From the NCBI GenBank assembly GCA_963798485.1, contig CAWCTR010000030.1, forward strand, positions 128,001 through 192,000: DNA of 64,000 nt. The letters are read 5' to 3'. This document shows, piece after piece, positions 40,312 to 51,421 of the stretch. The stretch is from an uncultured delta proteobacterium. GTDB taxonomy: Bacteria; Desulfobacterota; Desulfomonilia; UBA1062. Under the pieces are notes generated by a model. The model ran no database searches, was not told the origin of the DNA, and worked only from the letters and a program-made list of their open reading frames with translations. The first letter of the stretch is position 1. Each line of letters starts with the position of its first letter. Position numbers and translations under genes: made by a program.

Positions 40312-40489
40312 GAGTGCTTGCAGTTTGATGGATGTACCATTAAGCATGAAAATTTGCAAAGTCTCTGACTTCATCACAGTCATTCACAACCCAACTGCAG
40401 GAAGCTGTGAAAACAATAGTAAAGTGAGCTTATGCTGTTAAAATATTATTTTTACATGTATATACTTGACAACTTATAAGGAGAATTAG

Positions 40490-41512
40490 TTGATCTATTC
40501 CATTCAATATTTGAGGGGTTTGGCTCGATATTAGTCTTAATTCGGCACGTGGCGTTCAAAGGAACGCAGTATGCGGGTGATCCTATGCCTTGGTATCGTA
40601 TAGGAGGGGATGCAGGAGTTGAGCTCTTTTTTATTATATCCGGCTTTATCATGTGTTTCATAACAACCGAAAAAGCTGAAAAGAAGGGCTCAATAGGGCA
40701 TTTTCTTGCGAATCGGTTTACCCGAATCCTTCCCCTCTACTGGATACTGACATTGCTTGCTTTGATAGTCTTTTTCCTCTTCCCTGATAAGGTGAACATC
40801 GGAGGGGGAGATACTAAGGTTCTTGATTCATTCCTGCTGATTCCCACAAAAGGCGTTTATCTAATCAAGAATGGCTGGACCCTCAGTTATGAGTTCTTCT
40901 TCTACTTCATATTTTCTCTGGGCATGTTTTTCCCGATAAAGGTTGGACACCTCGTCACCTCCATGATCCTGATCGCATTAACCAGCCTGAATTTCTTGGG
41001 CTACAGAGATAATATAATCCTTTCTTTCATCTCAAGTACGCTCCTGCTGGATTTCATCCTAGGGATCATTTTATTTGAGCTTTTCAAACGATTCAAAGAG
41101 GTTCCCAAGATATTTTCAGGGATTATGATATTGACTGGATCGATATTACTCATCATACTCAACCACAGATTTGACTACGGGATGCCGCTCTTAGGCATTG
41201 GTATATCCTGTTTCTTGATATGCCTTGGCTCTGTCTTTCTAGAAGAGCAGATCAGAAAGCATGAAGTGCCGTTCTTCACAATGATAGGGAATGCTTCATA
41301 TTCCCTCTACCTTTTTCATCCCTTTGCCTTAGCCGGAGGGGCATTGTTGTTGTCACATTTCGGGCTCAACCATGGCATATGGGCATGGCCCTTCCTTGTT
41401 ATTACAGCTGCCATATCCTTAATAGGAGGTATCCTTTGCTACATATTTCTTAGAGAAACCAGTTACGAAAGAAATACGTTCTCTTTTATCAAAAACATTT
41501 TATTTTAAATAA
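40490..41512 (+). pseudogene. Second acyltransferase family 3 with frameshifts near 40525 and 41450
   Basis: TTG start after AAGGAG gives MIYSIQYLRGLA; then GVELFFIISGFIM, RFTRILPLYW, GWTLSYEFFFY, SYSLYLFH; the expected EKP ending lies in a shifted frame. Confidence 0.8.
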
Positions 41513-41562
41513 TCCTGAACTATTCCATAATCTCATCATAGGAATAAAAAGCATAAATAGGC

Positions 41563-42310
41563 ATGTATCGTCTACGTGGGTACAGTATGCACTTATATCG
41601 TTAGCATTTGTAACAAGTATATTTTTATTATTGTTTACTTTGTGGACATGCCCATAAAGGGATCAATGAAATGGATCTCCTTAAACTAAAGTTGCGAGTT
41701 ATTCTCATGAACAAGCTGACAGCATCAAGGGACTACTCATATTTTCCAGAGTCGGGAAGTGATGGAGGTGAAAGGAAGGTACTGTATGTACTGGGTGGAA
41801 ATCAGGTTAATCTAAAATTGAAATTTACTGCGGCAGCAAGCTTTATCACAAAGGAATAGTTAAAAAAATAATTGTACTTTCTGTTCCTGGTATCACTGAA
41901 TATGACCAGAGATATCCAAAGGAATTTGACGAATGATGAGTGGTCAACTAAAAGATTATCCAATCTGGGAATATGGAAGGATGACGTGGAATTCATTCAT
42001 GTTAAGGATGGTTTTTTCGGGACTCTATCTGAAGCGAGGACATTCCAGTAAGATACTTTTGAGAAGAGGGATAAAGGAACTTTTACTCGTTTGCTCCTCA
42101 TATCATGGGAGGAGAGTGGGAATTGCATTTTCGACGTATTTGAAAGATGACGGCGTGAAATTGAAGATTTTTCCGGTAGATGAAAAGGTCCCCCTGATTT
42201 ATCTCTTGGTAGAATATATGAAATTGATCTTGTATGAGAATTTTCTAATTCCTTTAGAAGTACATACTGACGATACACATGGAGAGAAGGTAGCAATACA
42301 AAAAGGATAA
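41563..42310 (+). pseudogene. YdcF/DUF218-like protein fragmented by 3 or more frameshifts
   Basis: Joined frames: YVLGG..AA / LYHKG..KIIVLS / L..LGI..DV....GTLSEA / LLLVCSSYHGRR...F..EYMK; upstream hydrophobic segment. Confidence 0.6.
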
Positions 42311-42439
42311 AGAGTCTGTTGGAAGTATAAACGGCCATACGATAGTGAAAGAGATTGAATGGCAGGGATTGGCCGGATGTCAGTGTGAAATAAGGTCTAT
42401 TTCTTAAAAATGATAATCCAGGAAAGATGGAGGTAGTCC

Positions 42440-44548
42440 ATGAAAATTGGGATAGTCGGGTGTGGGCTGAATTCTGATTATCATATTAAATTCGCAAGCA
42501 CATATCCTGGGGCTGAGATTGTTGGAGTTGTAGACAAGGATCAGCTCAAAGCGAAAAAGTGTCTGGAGCGTTTCGGTATAAAGAACAGCTATTCAAATAT
42601 CGACGAGCTAACCGCCCAGGTCAAACCGGATGTAATCCATATCGTAACGCCTCCCCCGACGCACTTTGCGCTTGCATCACAGGCTATAGAAGCGGGTTGT
42701 CATGTCCTTATCGAGAAGCCCATGGCCCTCAATCTGGAGGAGGGTAAAAAGCTCTTCAAGCTGGCTGAAAAAAAAGGCGTGATGATCTGCAGCATGCACA
42801 ATCACTTCTTTGACCCCTGCATGCTCCGTGCACGGGAGCTTATTGCATCGGGCAAGCTGGGCAGGATTGTCAATGTGGAAAGCCATTACGGTTTAAATAC
42901 AAGGATAGATGCATTCAGGCGATATCCCGCTCCTGATGTGCTGCCATGGTTGTACAATCTGCCGGGGGGTGTCTTTCATGATTTCATGTCTCATCCCTTA
43001 TATGTGATGCTGCCCTATCTGGGTAACCCCGTTGATATACAGGTAATGGAGAAGAGCTTCGGCGAGCTTCCCCAGAGGATTTCAGATGAACTGAGGATTC
43101 TCATCAAAGGTGAAAATGCATTCGGTATGCTTACCTTTTCTTTTGCTGCAAAACCGCATCATCATTTTGTGAAGATCTATGGCACCGACATGATGGTCTA
43201 TGTGAATTTCGATACCATGACTACTACGCTCCACCCGGTCAGCCACCTGCCGAAGGCCGCCCAGAAAGCGACCTACAACCTGAGCGAGAGCCTGCAGCTT
43301 GCCTCCAACACGATTTCCAATGTCTGGAATTTCGGAACCGGCAAGTTAAGACCGTACCAGGGAATGAAGATCCTTATCCATCGGTTCTATGACTCCATAA
43401 AAACCGAGGGGGAGCAGCCTGTTTCAAAAAATGAGGCGTTGAATGTCCTGAATGTGATGGACAAGATATGGCCTCAAATAAAGAACACCAAGCTTCGCTT
43501 CGACCCGATTATTCCCGAGAAGACCAAACAGCCTGCCAAGGCGGGGCTGAAGGTCCTCGTGACAGGAGCATCAGGATTCCTTGGCACGAAGCTTGTGGAG
43601 AAGCTCTGTGAGAGAGGGTATTCCGTGCGCGCACTGGTTCGGAAGCTCTCGAATATCGAGAGACTCAAAAAGTTTCCTATTGAGATCCTTTACGGTGATG
43701 TCGGGAGCATGGAATCGCTCAAACCTGCATTCGAAGGGATAGATATTGTCATCCATGCGGCTGCTGATACACAAGGGCGGGAGGAAGAGAGCGAAACCAG
43801 TACGATTAAGGGAACACGCAATATTATCGATTTATGCAAGGAACATCAGGTTAAGAAACTTGTGTATATAAGCTCCTGTAGTGTCTATGGGGTTGCTGAT
43901 TACTCCGAGAACGAGAAGGTCACCGAGGATTCCGGACTCGAACGATTTCCTGAACAGAGGGGGTTCTATTCGTATGCAAAGCTTAAGGCCGAGGAAATAG
44001 TCAGGGAAGCCATGAAGAAGGGTGATGTCCCGACAGTCTGCCTCAGACCCGGTACGATCTTCGGTCCAGGTGGAGAGGTATTTACACCGATGATGGGGTT
44101 TTCACTGGGGCAAAAGGTTTTTGCAGTCATCGGGAGCGGCGATTTTGTGCTACCCCTTATCTATATCGATAATCTCTGTGATGCTCTCATTACAACAATC
44201 CATAGTAATATAGGTGACGGGCAAGTATTCAATCTCGTCGACAATGGGAATATTACTAAAAAGGAGTATACTAAGAAATTGATAAAAGAATTATACCCCA
44301 AGGCATCAGTCTTTTATATTCCGTTCAAGTTGCTTTACGAGGTTGTACATCTACAAGAGTGGTTGACCGATGTTATGGGAAGAAGGCCATTCCTCACCAG
44401 GTACCGTTTAATCTCATCACAGAAGAAGGTTATCTATGACTCTTCAAAGATCGCAAAAACCTTCGGATGGTCACCGCCATATACCATTGAAGATGGCATT
44501 AAAGCTGTTCTCGATTTTGAGCAGGGAAAGTCAGAGAGGTTGAAGTAA
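42440..44548 (+). CDS. Fusion of Gfo/Idh/MocA oxidoreductase and NAD-dependent epimerase/dehydratase
   Basis: GIVGCG, TPP.TH, EKPMA in the N-half; VTGASGFLG, SSCSVYG, YSYAK, RPG.IFG in the C-half; single open frame of 702 aa. Confidence 0.88.
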   Translation: MKIGIVGCGLNSDYHIKFASTYPGAEIVGVVDKDQLKAKKCLERFGIKNSYSNIDELTAQVKPDVIHIVTPPPTHFALASQAIEAGCHVLIEKPMALNLEEGKKLFKLAEKKGVMICSMHNHFFDPCMLRARELIASGKLGRIVNVESHYGLNTRIDAFRRYPAPDVLPWLYNLPGGVFHDFMSHPLYVMLPYLGNPVDIQVMEKSFGELPQRISDELRILIKGENAFGMLTFSFAAKPHHHFVKIYGTDMMVYVNFDTMTTTLHPVSHLPKAAQKATYNLSESLQLASNTISNVWNFGTGKLRPYQGMKILIHRFYDSIKTEGEQPVSKNEALNVLNVMDKIWPQIKNTKLRFDPIIPEKTKQPAKAGLKVLVTGASGFLGTKLVEKLCERGYSVRALVRKLSNIERLKKFPIEILYGDVGSMESLKPAFEGIDIVIHAAADTQGREEESETSTIKGTRNIIDLCKEHQVKKLVYISSCSVYGVADYSENEKVTEDSGLERFPEQRGFYSYAKLKAEEIVREAMKKGDVPTVCLRPGTIFGPGGEVFTPMMGFSLGQKVFAVIGSGDFVLPLIYIDNLCDALITTIHSNIGDGQVFNLVDNGNITKKEYTKKLIKELYPKASVFYIPFKLLYEVVHLQEWLTDVMGRRPFLTRYRLISSQKKVIYDSSKIAKTFGWSPPYTIEDGIKAVLDFEQGKSERLK

Positions 44549-44653
44549 TAACTCCTACTCATATCTCCGGACACAAATTAATAACGTCTGTCATCGAAAA
44601 TGAAAACGACAAAGATTCGAGCATGAGCCGCAAGGGCAAGGAGTATTGAAGAT

Positions 44654-46555
44654 ATGTGTGGCATTTTTGGTGTGATATATAGTGATTATAAGGATTATCC
44701 GCTGGAAGAGTCTACTGATTCGCTTGCTCACCGGGGGCCTGACGGCTATGGCTATCATCGTGATGACACCATTTACATGGGCCACCGTAGGCTGAGCATC
44801 ATTGACCTGGAAGGTGGCAGCCAGCCTATATACAGTGAGGATGGGTCAAAGTGTATAGTCTTTAACGGCGAGATATACAATTTCCTGGAACTCAAGGATG
44901 AACTGGTGGAACATGGCCATGTATTCACTACGAAAAGCGATACGGAGACCATCCTTCATGCCTATGAGGAATGGGGAGAGGAATGTGTGGAGCGGCTCCG
45001 CGGCATGTTTGCCTTTGCCATCTGGGATACAAAGAAAAAGGAGTTGTTCATTGCGCGGGACAGGTTTGGCCAAAAACCACTTTTTTATGCGCAACACAGC
45101 GGAAGGTTCTATTTTGCATCAGAGATGAAAGCCATCCTTACAGACCCTGATTTTCCGAGAGATATTGATGAAGGGGCCATGGTGTGCTATTTCACGCTCT
45201 CCTACATTCCTTCACCACTTACCATCTTTTCAACCATCAGCAAACTCATGCCGGGGCACACGTTGACGTTGAAAGATGGGCGGATAAGCATACGGAAGTT
45301 TTGGGATTTGTATATTATTCCTGATAGAGGCAAGAGTGAACAATATTTTATCGATGGTTTTCTGGAACACCTTGAAGAAGCGGTGGGGACGCATCTTATC
45401 AGCGATGTTCCTCTGGGTGCCTTTTTAAGTGGCGGTATTGACTCCAGTGCTATGGTTGCCATGATGAGCAAGGCAAGCAGTGAGAAGGTGAATACCTTCA
45501 CTATTGGCTTTGGGGGTGAGGTAGGAGGGTATTTGGATGAGAGAAAATATGCCCGCATGGTAGCACAGAGATATTCGACAAATCACTGTGAATACGAAGT
45601 TCTTCCTCGTCCGGAAGGACTGATCGAGAAGATAGTCAGAGCCTTTGATGAACCCTTTGCCGATGATTCGACCATACCTTCATACTTTGTCTGCGAGATT
45701 GCAAGAAAACAGGTTACCGTCGCCCTTTCAGGACTTGGAGGAGATGAGGCCCTGGGAGGATATGAGAGATATTTGGGATTCATGCTCAGAGGTTTGTATA
45801 ACAAGATTCCTTTTTTCTTTAGAGAACAAATCTTTCGGAACCTGATTGAGAAATTTCCCGAGAGAACAGATGGTCATTACACAATAAACCACATGAAGCG
45901 ATTTATGCGTTCAGCATCGTTAAATCCTGACCTTGCTTACTTTGGGTTCGTATCAAGGATTAATCCGGATTTGAGTGGATCCTTTTATGCAGATTCCAAG
46001 AGATATGACAAATATTATGATCAATGCCGGGATATCATACGGAGCAATTTCAACAGCAGCAATGTTGATGGAAGGGAAGATGCAATCGATAGGGCATTCT
46101 ATTGTGATGTAAAAACATATCTCCCTGATGATATACTCGCTGTGACAGATCGAATAAGCATGCATCATTCGCTTGAGGTCAGAGTCCCGTATCTGGATCA
46201 CAAACTGTTTGAATTTTGTGCACGGATACCCTCGGAAATAAAGATGAAGTGGTTTCAGAAAAAATATTTGTTCAGAAAAGCAGTAAGGCCATTGTTACCC
46301 AGAGAAGTCCTGGACCATCGCAAACAGGGTTTTATCGGACCGATGACACAATGGCTAAAGAAGGATCTTAAACCATTTGTCCTGGAGTCATTATCCAAAG
46401 AAAACCTGGATAAGCATGGGTTGCTCAACTATTCTACCATACAGAGAATACTCAATGAGCATTTCGCAGGCAGGGAAATTCATGATACGCTCATATGGTC
46501 ATTATTGGTTTTTCAGGTTTGGTTTGATCTATACATAGAAAATGAAAAGATGTAG
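44654..46555 (+). CDS. asnB: Asparagine synthase-like glutamine amidotransferase, polysaccharide-locus associated
   Basis: MCGI, HRGPD, HRRLSIIDL, NGEIYN, FLSGGIDSS, SG.GGDE, EVRVPYLD. Confidence 0.9.
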   Translation: MCGIFGVIYSDYKDYPLEESTDSLAHRGPDGYGYHRDDTIYMGHRRLSIIDLEGGSQPIYSEDGSKCIVFNGEIYNFLELKDELVEHGHVFTTKSDTETILHAYEEWGEECVERLRGMFAFAIWDTKKKELFIARDRFGQKPLFYAQHSGRFYFASEMKAILTDPDFPRDIDEGAMVCYFTLSYIPSPLTIFSTISKLMPGHTLTLKDGRISIRKFWDLYIIPDRGKSEQYFIDGFLEHLEEAVGTHLISDVPLGAFLSGGIDSSAMVAMMSKASSEKVNTFTIGFGGEVGGYLDERKYARMVAQRYSTNHCEYEVLPRPEGLIEKIVRAFDEPFADDSTIPSYFVCEIARKQVTVALSGLGGDEALGGYERYLGFMLRGLYNKIPFFFREQIFRNLIEKFPERTDGHYTINHMKRFMRSASLNPDLAYFGFVSRINPDLSGSFYADSKRYDKYYDQCRDIIRSNFNSSNVDGREDAIDRAFYCDVKTYLPDDILAVTDRISMHHSLEVRVPYLDHKLFEFCARIPSEIKMKWFQKKYLFRKAVRPLLPREVLDHRKQGFIGPMTQWLKKDLKPFVLESLSKENLDKHGLLNYSTIQRILNEHFAGREIHDTLIWSLLVFQVWFDLYIENEKM

Positions 46556-46712
46556 CACCTTTTCAAATGTCTGTTGAGGTGCCACTCAATGAGGCTGTGA
46601 TTGAATCAGAAGAGCAGTCTACTTCCATGCCAATGGAATTAATTTGCTTATATATCCAGTAAATTATCTGGATCTATAATGCTAACTGATTGAATTATCA
46701 TCAATTGCTTGT

Positions 46713-46728
46713 TGGCATTTTAATTGCT
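46713..46728 (+). promoter_or_regulatory. Sigma54 (RpoN) -24/-12 promoter of the PEP-CTERM gene
   Basis: TGGCATTTTAATTGCT; IHF-like TAACTGATTGAAT at 46683-46695. Confidence 0.75.
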
Positions 46729-46839
46729 TAGACTTAATGCAATTTTGTGCTTTTAAACCAACAAATGACTCGGGGATTCTTGGGCATAAGGATTATGATG
46801 TAAGTGCATCTTTATAAAAAATGGTGTCGGAGGTTGACA

Positions 46840-48648
46840 ATGGAAAATTCAGGGATGAAGAGAAACGTCGTAATCTTAAGTTGGATGATCGCAATTCTTG
46901 TATTTGCTTTCATCGTTACCCCCTTGCGCTCGCATGCAGACGACAATTATTGGATTGGAAACAGCGGGGACTGGACCGGCACCACTAACTGGAGCCTGGG
47001 ATATGAACCCATAGCAGGGAACAATGTCTACCTCTCCCCTCAGACTGCCAATACTTTAGTTACCTATGACACGTTGAACAATCCAGTACTCGGTACCGTA
47101 CAGATCGATGGTTCCGGGGGATATTCCCTGGAGTTACAACAGACCCAGGGTACACTTACTTCCACCACTCAGTACATAGGCTACAATGGCAATGGGATTT
47201 ACACTCAGACCGGTGGTGCTAACAGCATTGGTATCACGAACAGTCAAGGAACTCTCTATCTCGGCTATAATAGTGGCAGCAGCGGGACGTACAACCTGAG
47301 CGGTGGCCAGCTCTCTACATATGGACTTGACGAGTACATTGGTTATTCCGGCAATGCTACTTTCATCCAGACTGGTGGGAGTAACTCTGCAGGGGAGGAC
47401 CTTGTCCTCGGCTATAATGCTGGAAGTACCTTCTCATACAACCTGAGCGGGGGCTATTGCGGTGCCGGTTATTTAGAGATCATCGGTTCATTAGGCGGCA
47501 CCGGGACATTTACCCAGTCTGGAGGGAGTAACGTGGCGGATTCGTTGTCTCTCGGTGCTAGTAGTACGTACAATATGAGCGGTGGTGAAATGCGGTTCCA
47601 GGGGGAATCCATCAGTGGCAAATTTACCCAAACTGGTGGTACGAATAGACAGTCAAGATTGTGAACGTTAATGGCTACTTATGAGCTGAGTGGAAATGGC
47701 TCACTCACGGCCAGTTCTGAGGAGAGAATCGGTAATTCAGCTATAGGGCAGTTCACCCAGTCCGGCGGTACAAACTTTGTAGGTCTTCTCTTCCTTGGCT
47801 ATTCGGCCGGGAGCAATGGGACATATAACTTGAGCGGCGGTACCCTAACAGGGGGCATCGAAGTTATCGGTAATAATGGTACTGGCACCTTTAACCTCTC
47901 CGGCGGAACACTCACGGTCAATGGCGGGATCACCAACAATGATACGCTCAATTACTCAGGCGGTACACTCACGACCAACCTAACCAACAACGGCAATGTA
48001 AACCTAAGCGGCAGTGGCACACGAACCGTGAATGGGGATGTGACTAACAACGGCACATTTAAGGTAACCAACACAACTGCCGTCTATACAGGTACCTTTA
48101 CCAACAACGGAACCTACATTAGTGATCCTGCAGTCAACAAGTTCTATAACCTGATAATTACACAGACCGGATACCTGCAAGGTGGCACGAGCGACCAGTT
48201 CCTCATCTCCGGATACTTCCAGAATATGAGCACCAGCACACTTTGGAACACCTCGGATGCCTTACTTGGTTTCGATGGTAGCGGTTTGCATTCTCTCCAT
48301 GAGGCCAAAGACTCTTATTGGGACACGCTTAAGATATTTGATGGCAACTCAATCTCGCTGAGCGGGACAGGTTCTCTTTACCTGGAACACATTATCGGCG
48401 TAGCCTTTGATCCGGCAGGTAACACTATCACCAATATCTGGGGGAATGGTTTGATGAATATTTATTACGATGTTGCTGATAATCCATGGCTCCATGGGAG
48501 CACCTATTCCCTCGTGGGCGGAGGATATCTCATGGCCTACAATCCAAATCCCGTACCTGAACCTGCCACATTACTTCTTCTGGGGACAGGTCTATTTGGT
48601 CTTGCCGGATTTAGAAAGAACAAGAAAAATAATACCACACATAATTGA
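46840..48648 (+). CDS. PEP-CTERM surface protein with Gly/Thr/Ser/Asn-rich beta-solenoid-like repeats; interrupted at 47647-47676
   Basis: Signal peptide; repeats G..TQ.GG.N and G.YNLSGG.L; C-terminal VPEPATLLLLGTGLFGLAGFRKNKK; in-frame TGA at 47662 is explained by compensating indels. Confidence 0.9.
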
Positions 48649-48656
48649 AATGGTTG

Positions 48657-48684
48657 AGGCAGGGTCGAAAAACCCTGCCTTTTA
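48657..48684 (+). terminator. Intrinsic terminator
   Basis: AGGCAGGGT-CGAAAA-ACCCTGCCT-TTT directly after the PEP-CTERM stop. Confidence 0.8.
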
Positions 48685-48731
48685 ATCTCAGCCGGGTTAA
48701 TTCCCCGCAGCTTGCTGCGGGGTAATTCATT
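48680..48731 (+). mobile_element. Solo-hairpin non-autonomous IS200 derivative
   Basis: TTTTAATCTC..GGGTTAATTCCCCGCAGCTTGCTGCG (left-end-like) runs directly into GGGTAATTCATT (right-end-like). Confidence 0.72.
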
Positions 48732-49025
48732 GAACCGTGTTAGCATTAGCTTTATTCGATTAACATTGGGATAGTAGTGAACCATTATAATACCTTAAAG
48801 TTTGAATTGAATGATGACGAACAATCATTAGATTTACTATAAGGTAGGGGACTCTTGATGATAGAGTAATGAATTTTTCGTTGACCAGATCCTCACCTTT
48901 TTCGCGGAGCTATCATCAGGACTTATTTATAAGCACTAGATGAGATAACATAATATTGTGGTTTATTCGGTAGCCACCCGATGAGGCTTTAAAAGGGTTA
49001 TGAAATAATTCAAGCAGGAGAAAAA

Positions 49026-50078
49026 ATGAAAATTCTTGTGACTGGGAACATGGGATATGTCGGGCCATCAGTAATCAGGCAACTTCGCAAATCATATCCA
49101 ACGGCATATATTATGGGATTGGATATTGGCTATTTTGCAGGATGCTCCATATCTCAAGATATTCTTCCGGAGGTTACGCTTAACCAGCAATATTTTGCAG
49201 ATGTGAGACAGTTTCCTGAAGATATTTTAAACGGTGTCGATGCTATTGTTCATCTGGCGGCTATTTCCAATGATCCGATTGGTAACCTTTTTGAAGCTGT
49301 TACCATGGATATCAATCATCGTGCCAGTGTTGATGTGGCCACCAAGGCCAAAAAGGCCGGGGTCAAGGCCTTTGTCTTTGCATCGAGTTGCAGTATGTAC
49401 GGGTCAGCAGAAGGGAGTGCGCGTACTGAGGATGCCCCTTTAAATCCATTGACTGCTTATGCAAGATCGAAAGTATACACGGAAAGAGACTTGAAACCAC
49501 TTGCAGGTAATGGGTTTACGGTAACCTGTCTTAGATTTGCGACGGCATGCGGAATAAGCGACAGATTAAGGCTTGACCTGGTCCTGAATGATTTTGTTGC
49601 CGGAGCGGTCTCTTCCAAACGGATTTCCATACTTAGTGACGGAACCCCCTGGCGCCCACTCATTAATGTAAATGACATGGCCAGGGCCATAGATTGGGCG
49701 ATCTGCCGGCAGCCTTCTATAGGAGGAGATTTTCTCGCTGTCAACGCAGGTTGTGATCAAGGGAATTACCAAGTGAGAGAGTTAGCTGAAAAGGTGGCGA
49801 ATATCATTCCCGGGGTTAAAGTCAAGATTAACGAAAATGCACAGCCTGACAAGCGATCATATAAGGTAAATTTTGACCTTTTCAAACAGCTTGCCCCCCA
49901 TCACCAACCGGTTTACGACCTCACCGCTTCCATTTCCGGTTTGCATGAAGGTCTTCAAGCTATAGGGTTCATAAATGAAAATTTTCGCAGTTCGCTCTAC
50001 ATGCGTCTTGTGCACCTGAACCATTTACGAGAAAAGGGATATTTGAGTGATGATCTTCGCTGGATTAGGCCGATATAA
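49026..50078 (+). CDS. NAD-dependent epimerase/dehydratase (extended SDR)
   Basis: [38 protein letters not shown]. Confidence 0.9.
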   Translation: MKILVTGNMGYVGPSVIRQLRKSYPTAYIMGLDIGYFAGCSISQDILPEVTLNQQYFADVRQFPEDILNGVDAIVHLAAISNDPIGNLFEAVTMDINHRASVDVATKAKKAGVKAFVFASSCSMYGSAEGSARTEDAPLNPLTAYARSKVYTERDLKPLAGNGFTVTCLRFATACGISDRLRLDLVLNDFVAGAVSSKRISILSDGTPWRPLINVNDMARAIDWAICRQPSIGGDFLAVNAGCDQGNYQVRELAEKVANIIPGVKVKINENAQPDKRSYKVNFDLFKQLAPHHQPVYDLTASISGLHEGLQAIGFINENFRSSLYMRLVHLNHLREKGYLSDDLRWIRPI

Positions 50079-50182
50079 AAAATCCTGTGTATGTTACAAT
50101 GCAAAATATGCAACAACTTGTGGCATTATTAAACTAATGTCAGAATAGATTGCCCTAAAAGAATAGAACTAGGAGGACTGTA

Positions 50183-51421
50183 ATGCAAGCCGCCTGCACC
50201 TGCCGTTTCTGTGGTGAACAATTGAAGCAAACGTTTGTTGACCTCGGCATGTCGCCTTTATGTGAAAGCTATGTCAGTGAAGCACAGTTGAACTCCATGG
50301 AACCCTACTACCCACTCCATGTTTATGTCTGCGGGAAGTGTTTTCTGGTCCAGCTTGATGAGTTCGTCAGTCCGGATGAGATTTTCACGGAGTACGCCTA
50401 TTTCTCATCTTATTCTGACAATTGGCTTAAGCACGCTGAAGATTACGTCACGATGACAATCGAACGATTTGGGTTGAATCATGAATCTCAGGTCGTCGAG
50501 GTAGCCAGCAATGACGGGTATCTTCTCCAGTATTTCCTTAGTCGGGGAATACCGGTGCTGGGGATTGAGCCTGCTCGGAATGTTGCCGAGGTGGCCATTA
50601 AGAAAGGTGTTACTACTGTCATGGAGTTTTTCGGTGAAGAAACGGCAAAACGGTTTCGAACAGAAGGCAATAGCGCCGACCTTCTTCTTGGGAACAATGT
50701 CCTTGCACAGGTGCCGGATATCAATGATTTTGTCAAAGGGATGAAAATCCTGCTCAAACCGCACGGGGTCATCACCATGGAATTTCCTCACCTAATCAGG
50801 CTCATGGAAGAAAACCAGTTCGATACCATATACCACGAACATTTTTCTTATTTTTCATTCATTACTGTGGAAAAGATTTTCGCAGCACACGGTTTGACCC
50901 TATTTGATGTCGAGGAACTGCCGACCCATGGCGGCTCTCTTCGTATTTATGCACGGCACAGTGACGATTATTCCCGGGAAATCAACCCAAGGGTGAAAGA
51001 GCTCAAAGCCCGGGAAGAGACAGCTGGAATCATCAATCTTGAAACCTACAAAGATTTTGCTGAAAAAGTCAAAGAGACTAAGCGGAATCTGCTCAATTTC
51101 CTGATTGAAGCCAAGCGGCAGGGAAAAAGAATTGTCGGTTATGGCGCTCCAGGTAAGGGTAATACTTTGCTAAACTATTGTGGAATTCGTACTGACTTTC
51201 TCGATTATACGGTAGACCGAAATCCTTACAAACAAGGCAAGTTCCTTCCGGGAACTCATATTCCAATTTATAGTCCGGAAAAAATATGCGATACAAAACC
51301 CGACTTTCTTTTTATCCTTCCATGGAATTTCAAAGATGAAATTATGACACAGATGTCCTGCATCCGCGACTGGGGTGGCCGATTTATTGTGCCGATTCCT
51401 GAAGTGAAGGTGTATGAATGA
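50183..51421 (+). CDS. SAM-dependent NDP-sugar C-methyltransferase family protein
   Basis: Zn-binding CRFC..CGKC, EVASNDGYLL, DTIYHEH, THGGSLR, YGAPGKGNTLLNY. Confidence 0.88.
   Translation: MQAACTCRFCGEQLKQTFVDLGMSPLCESYVSEAQLNSMEPYYPLHVYVCGKCFLVQLDEFVSPDEIFTEYAYFSSYSDNWLKHAEDYVTMTIERFGLNHESQVVEVASNDGYLLQYFLSRGIPVLGIEPARNVAEVAIKKGVTTVMEFFGEETAKRFRTEGNSADLLLGNNVLAQVPDINDFVKGMKILLKPHGVITMEFPHLIRLMEENQFDTIYHEHFSYFSFITVEKIFAAHGLTLFDVEELPTHGGSLRIYARHSDDYSREINPRVKELKAREETAGIINLETYKDFAEKVKETKRNLLNFLIEAKRQGKRIVGYGAPGKGNTLLNYCGIRTDFLDYTVDRNPYKQGKFLPGTHIPIYSPEKICDTKPDFLFILPWNFKDEIMTQMSCIRDWGGRFIVPIPEVKVYE

Noticed and set aside
47662-47664. In-frame TGA within the PEP-CTERM gene as selenocysteine or programmed read-through
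   Set aside because: A shifted frame reads TVKIVNVNG and restores the repeat pattern GGTNTV...GTYELSG, so compensating indels explain it better
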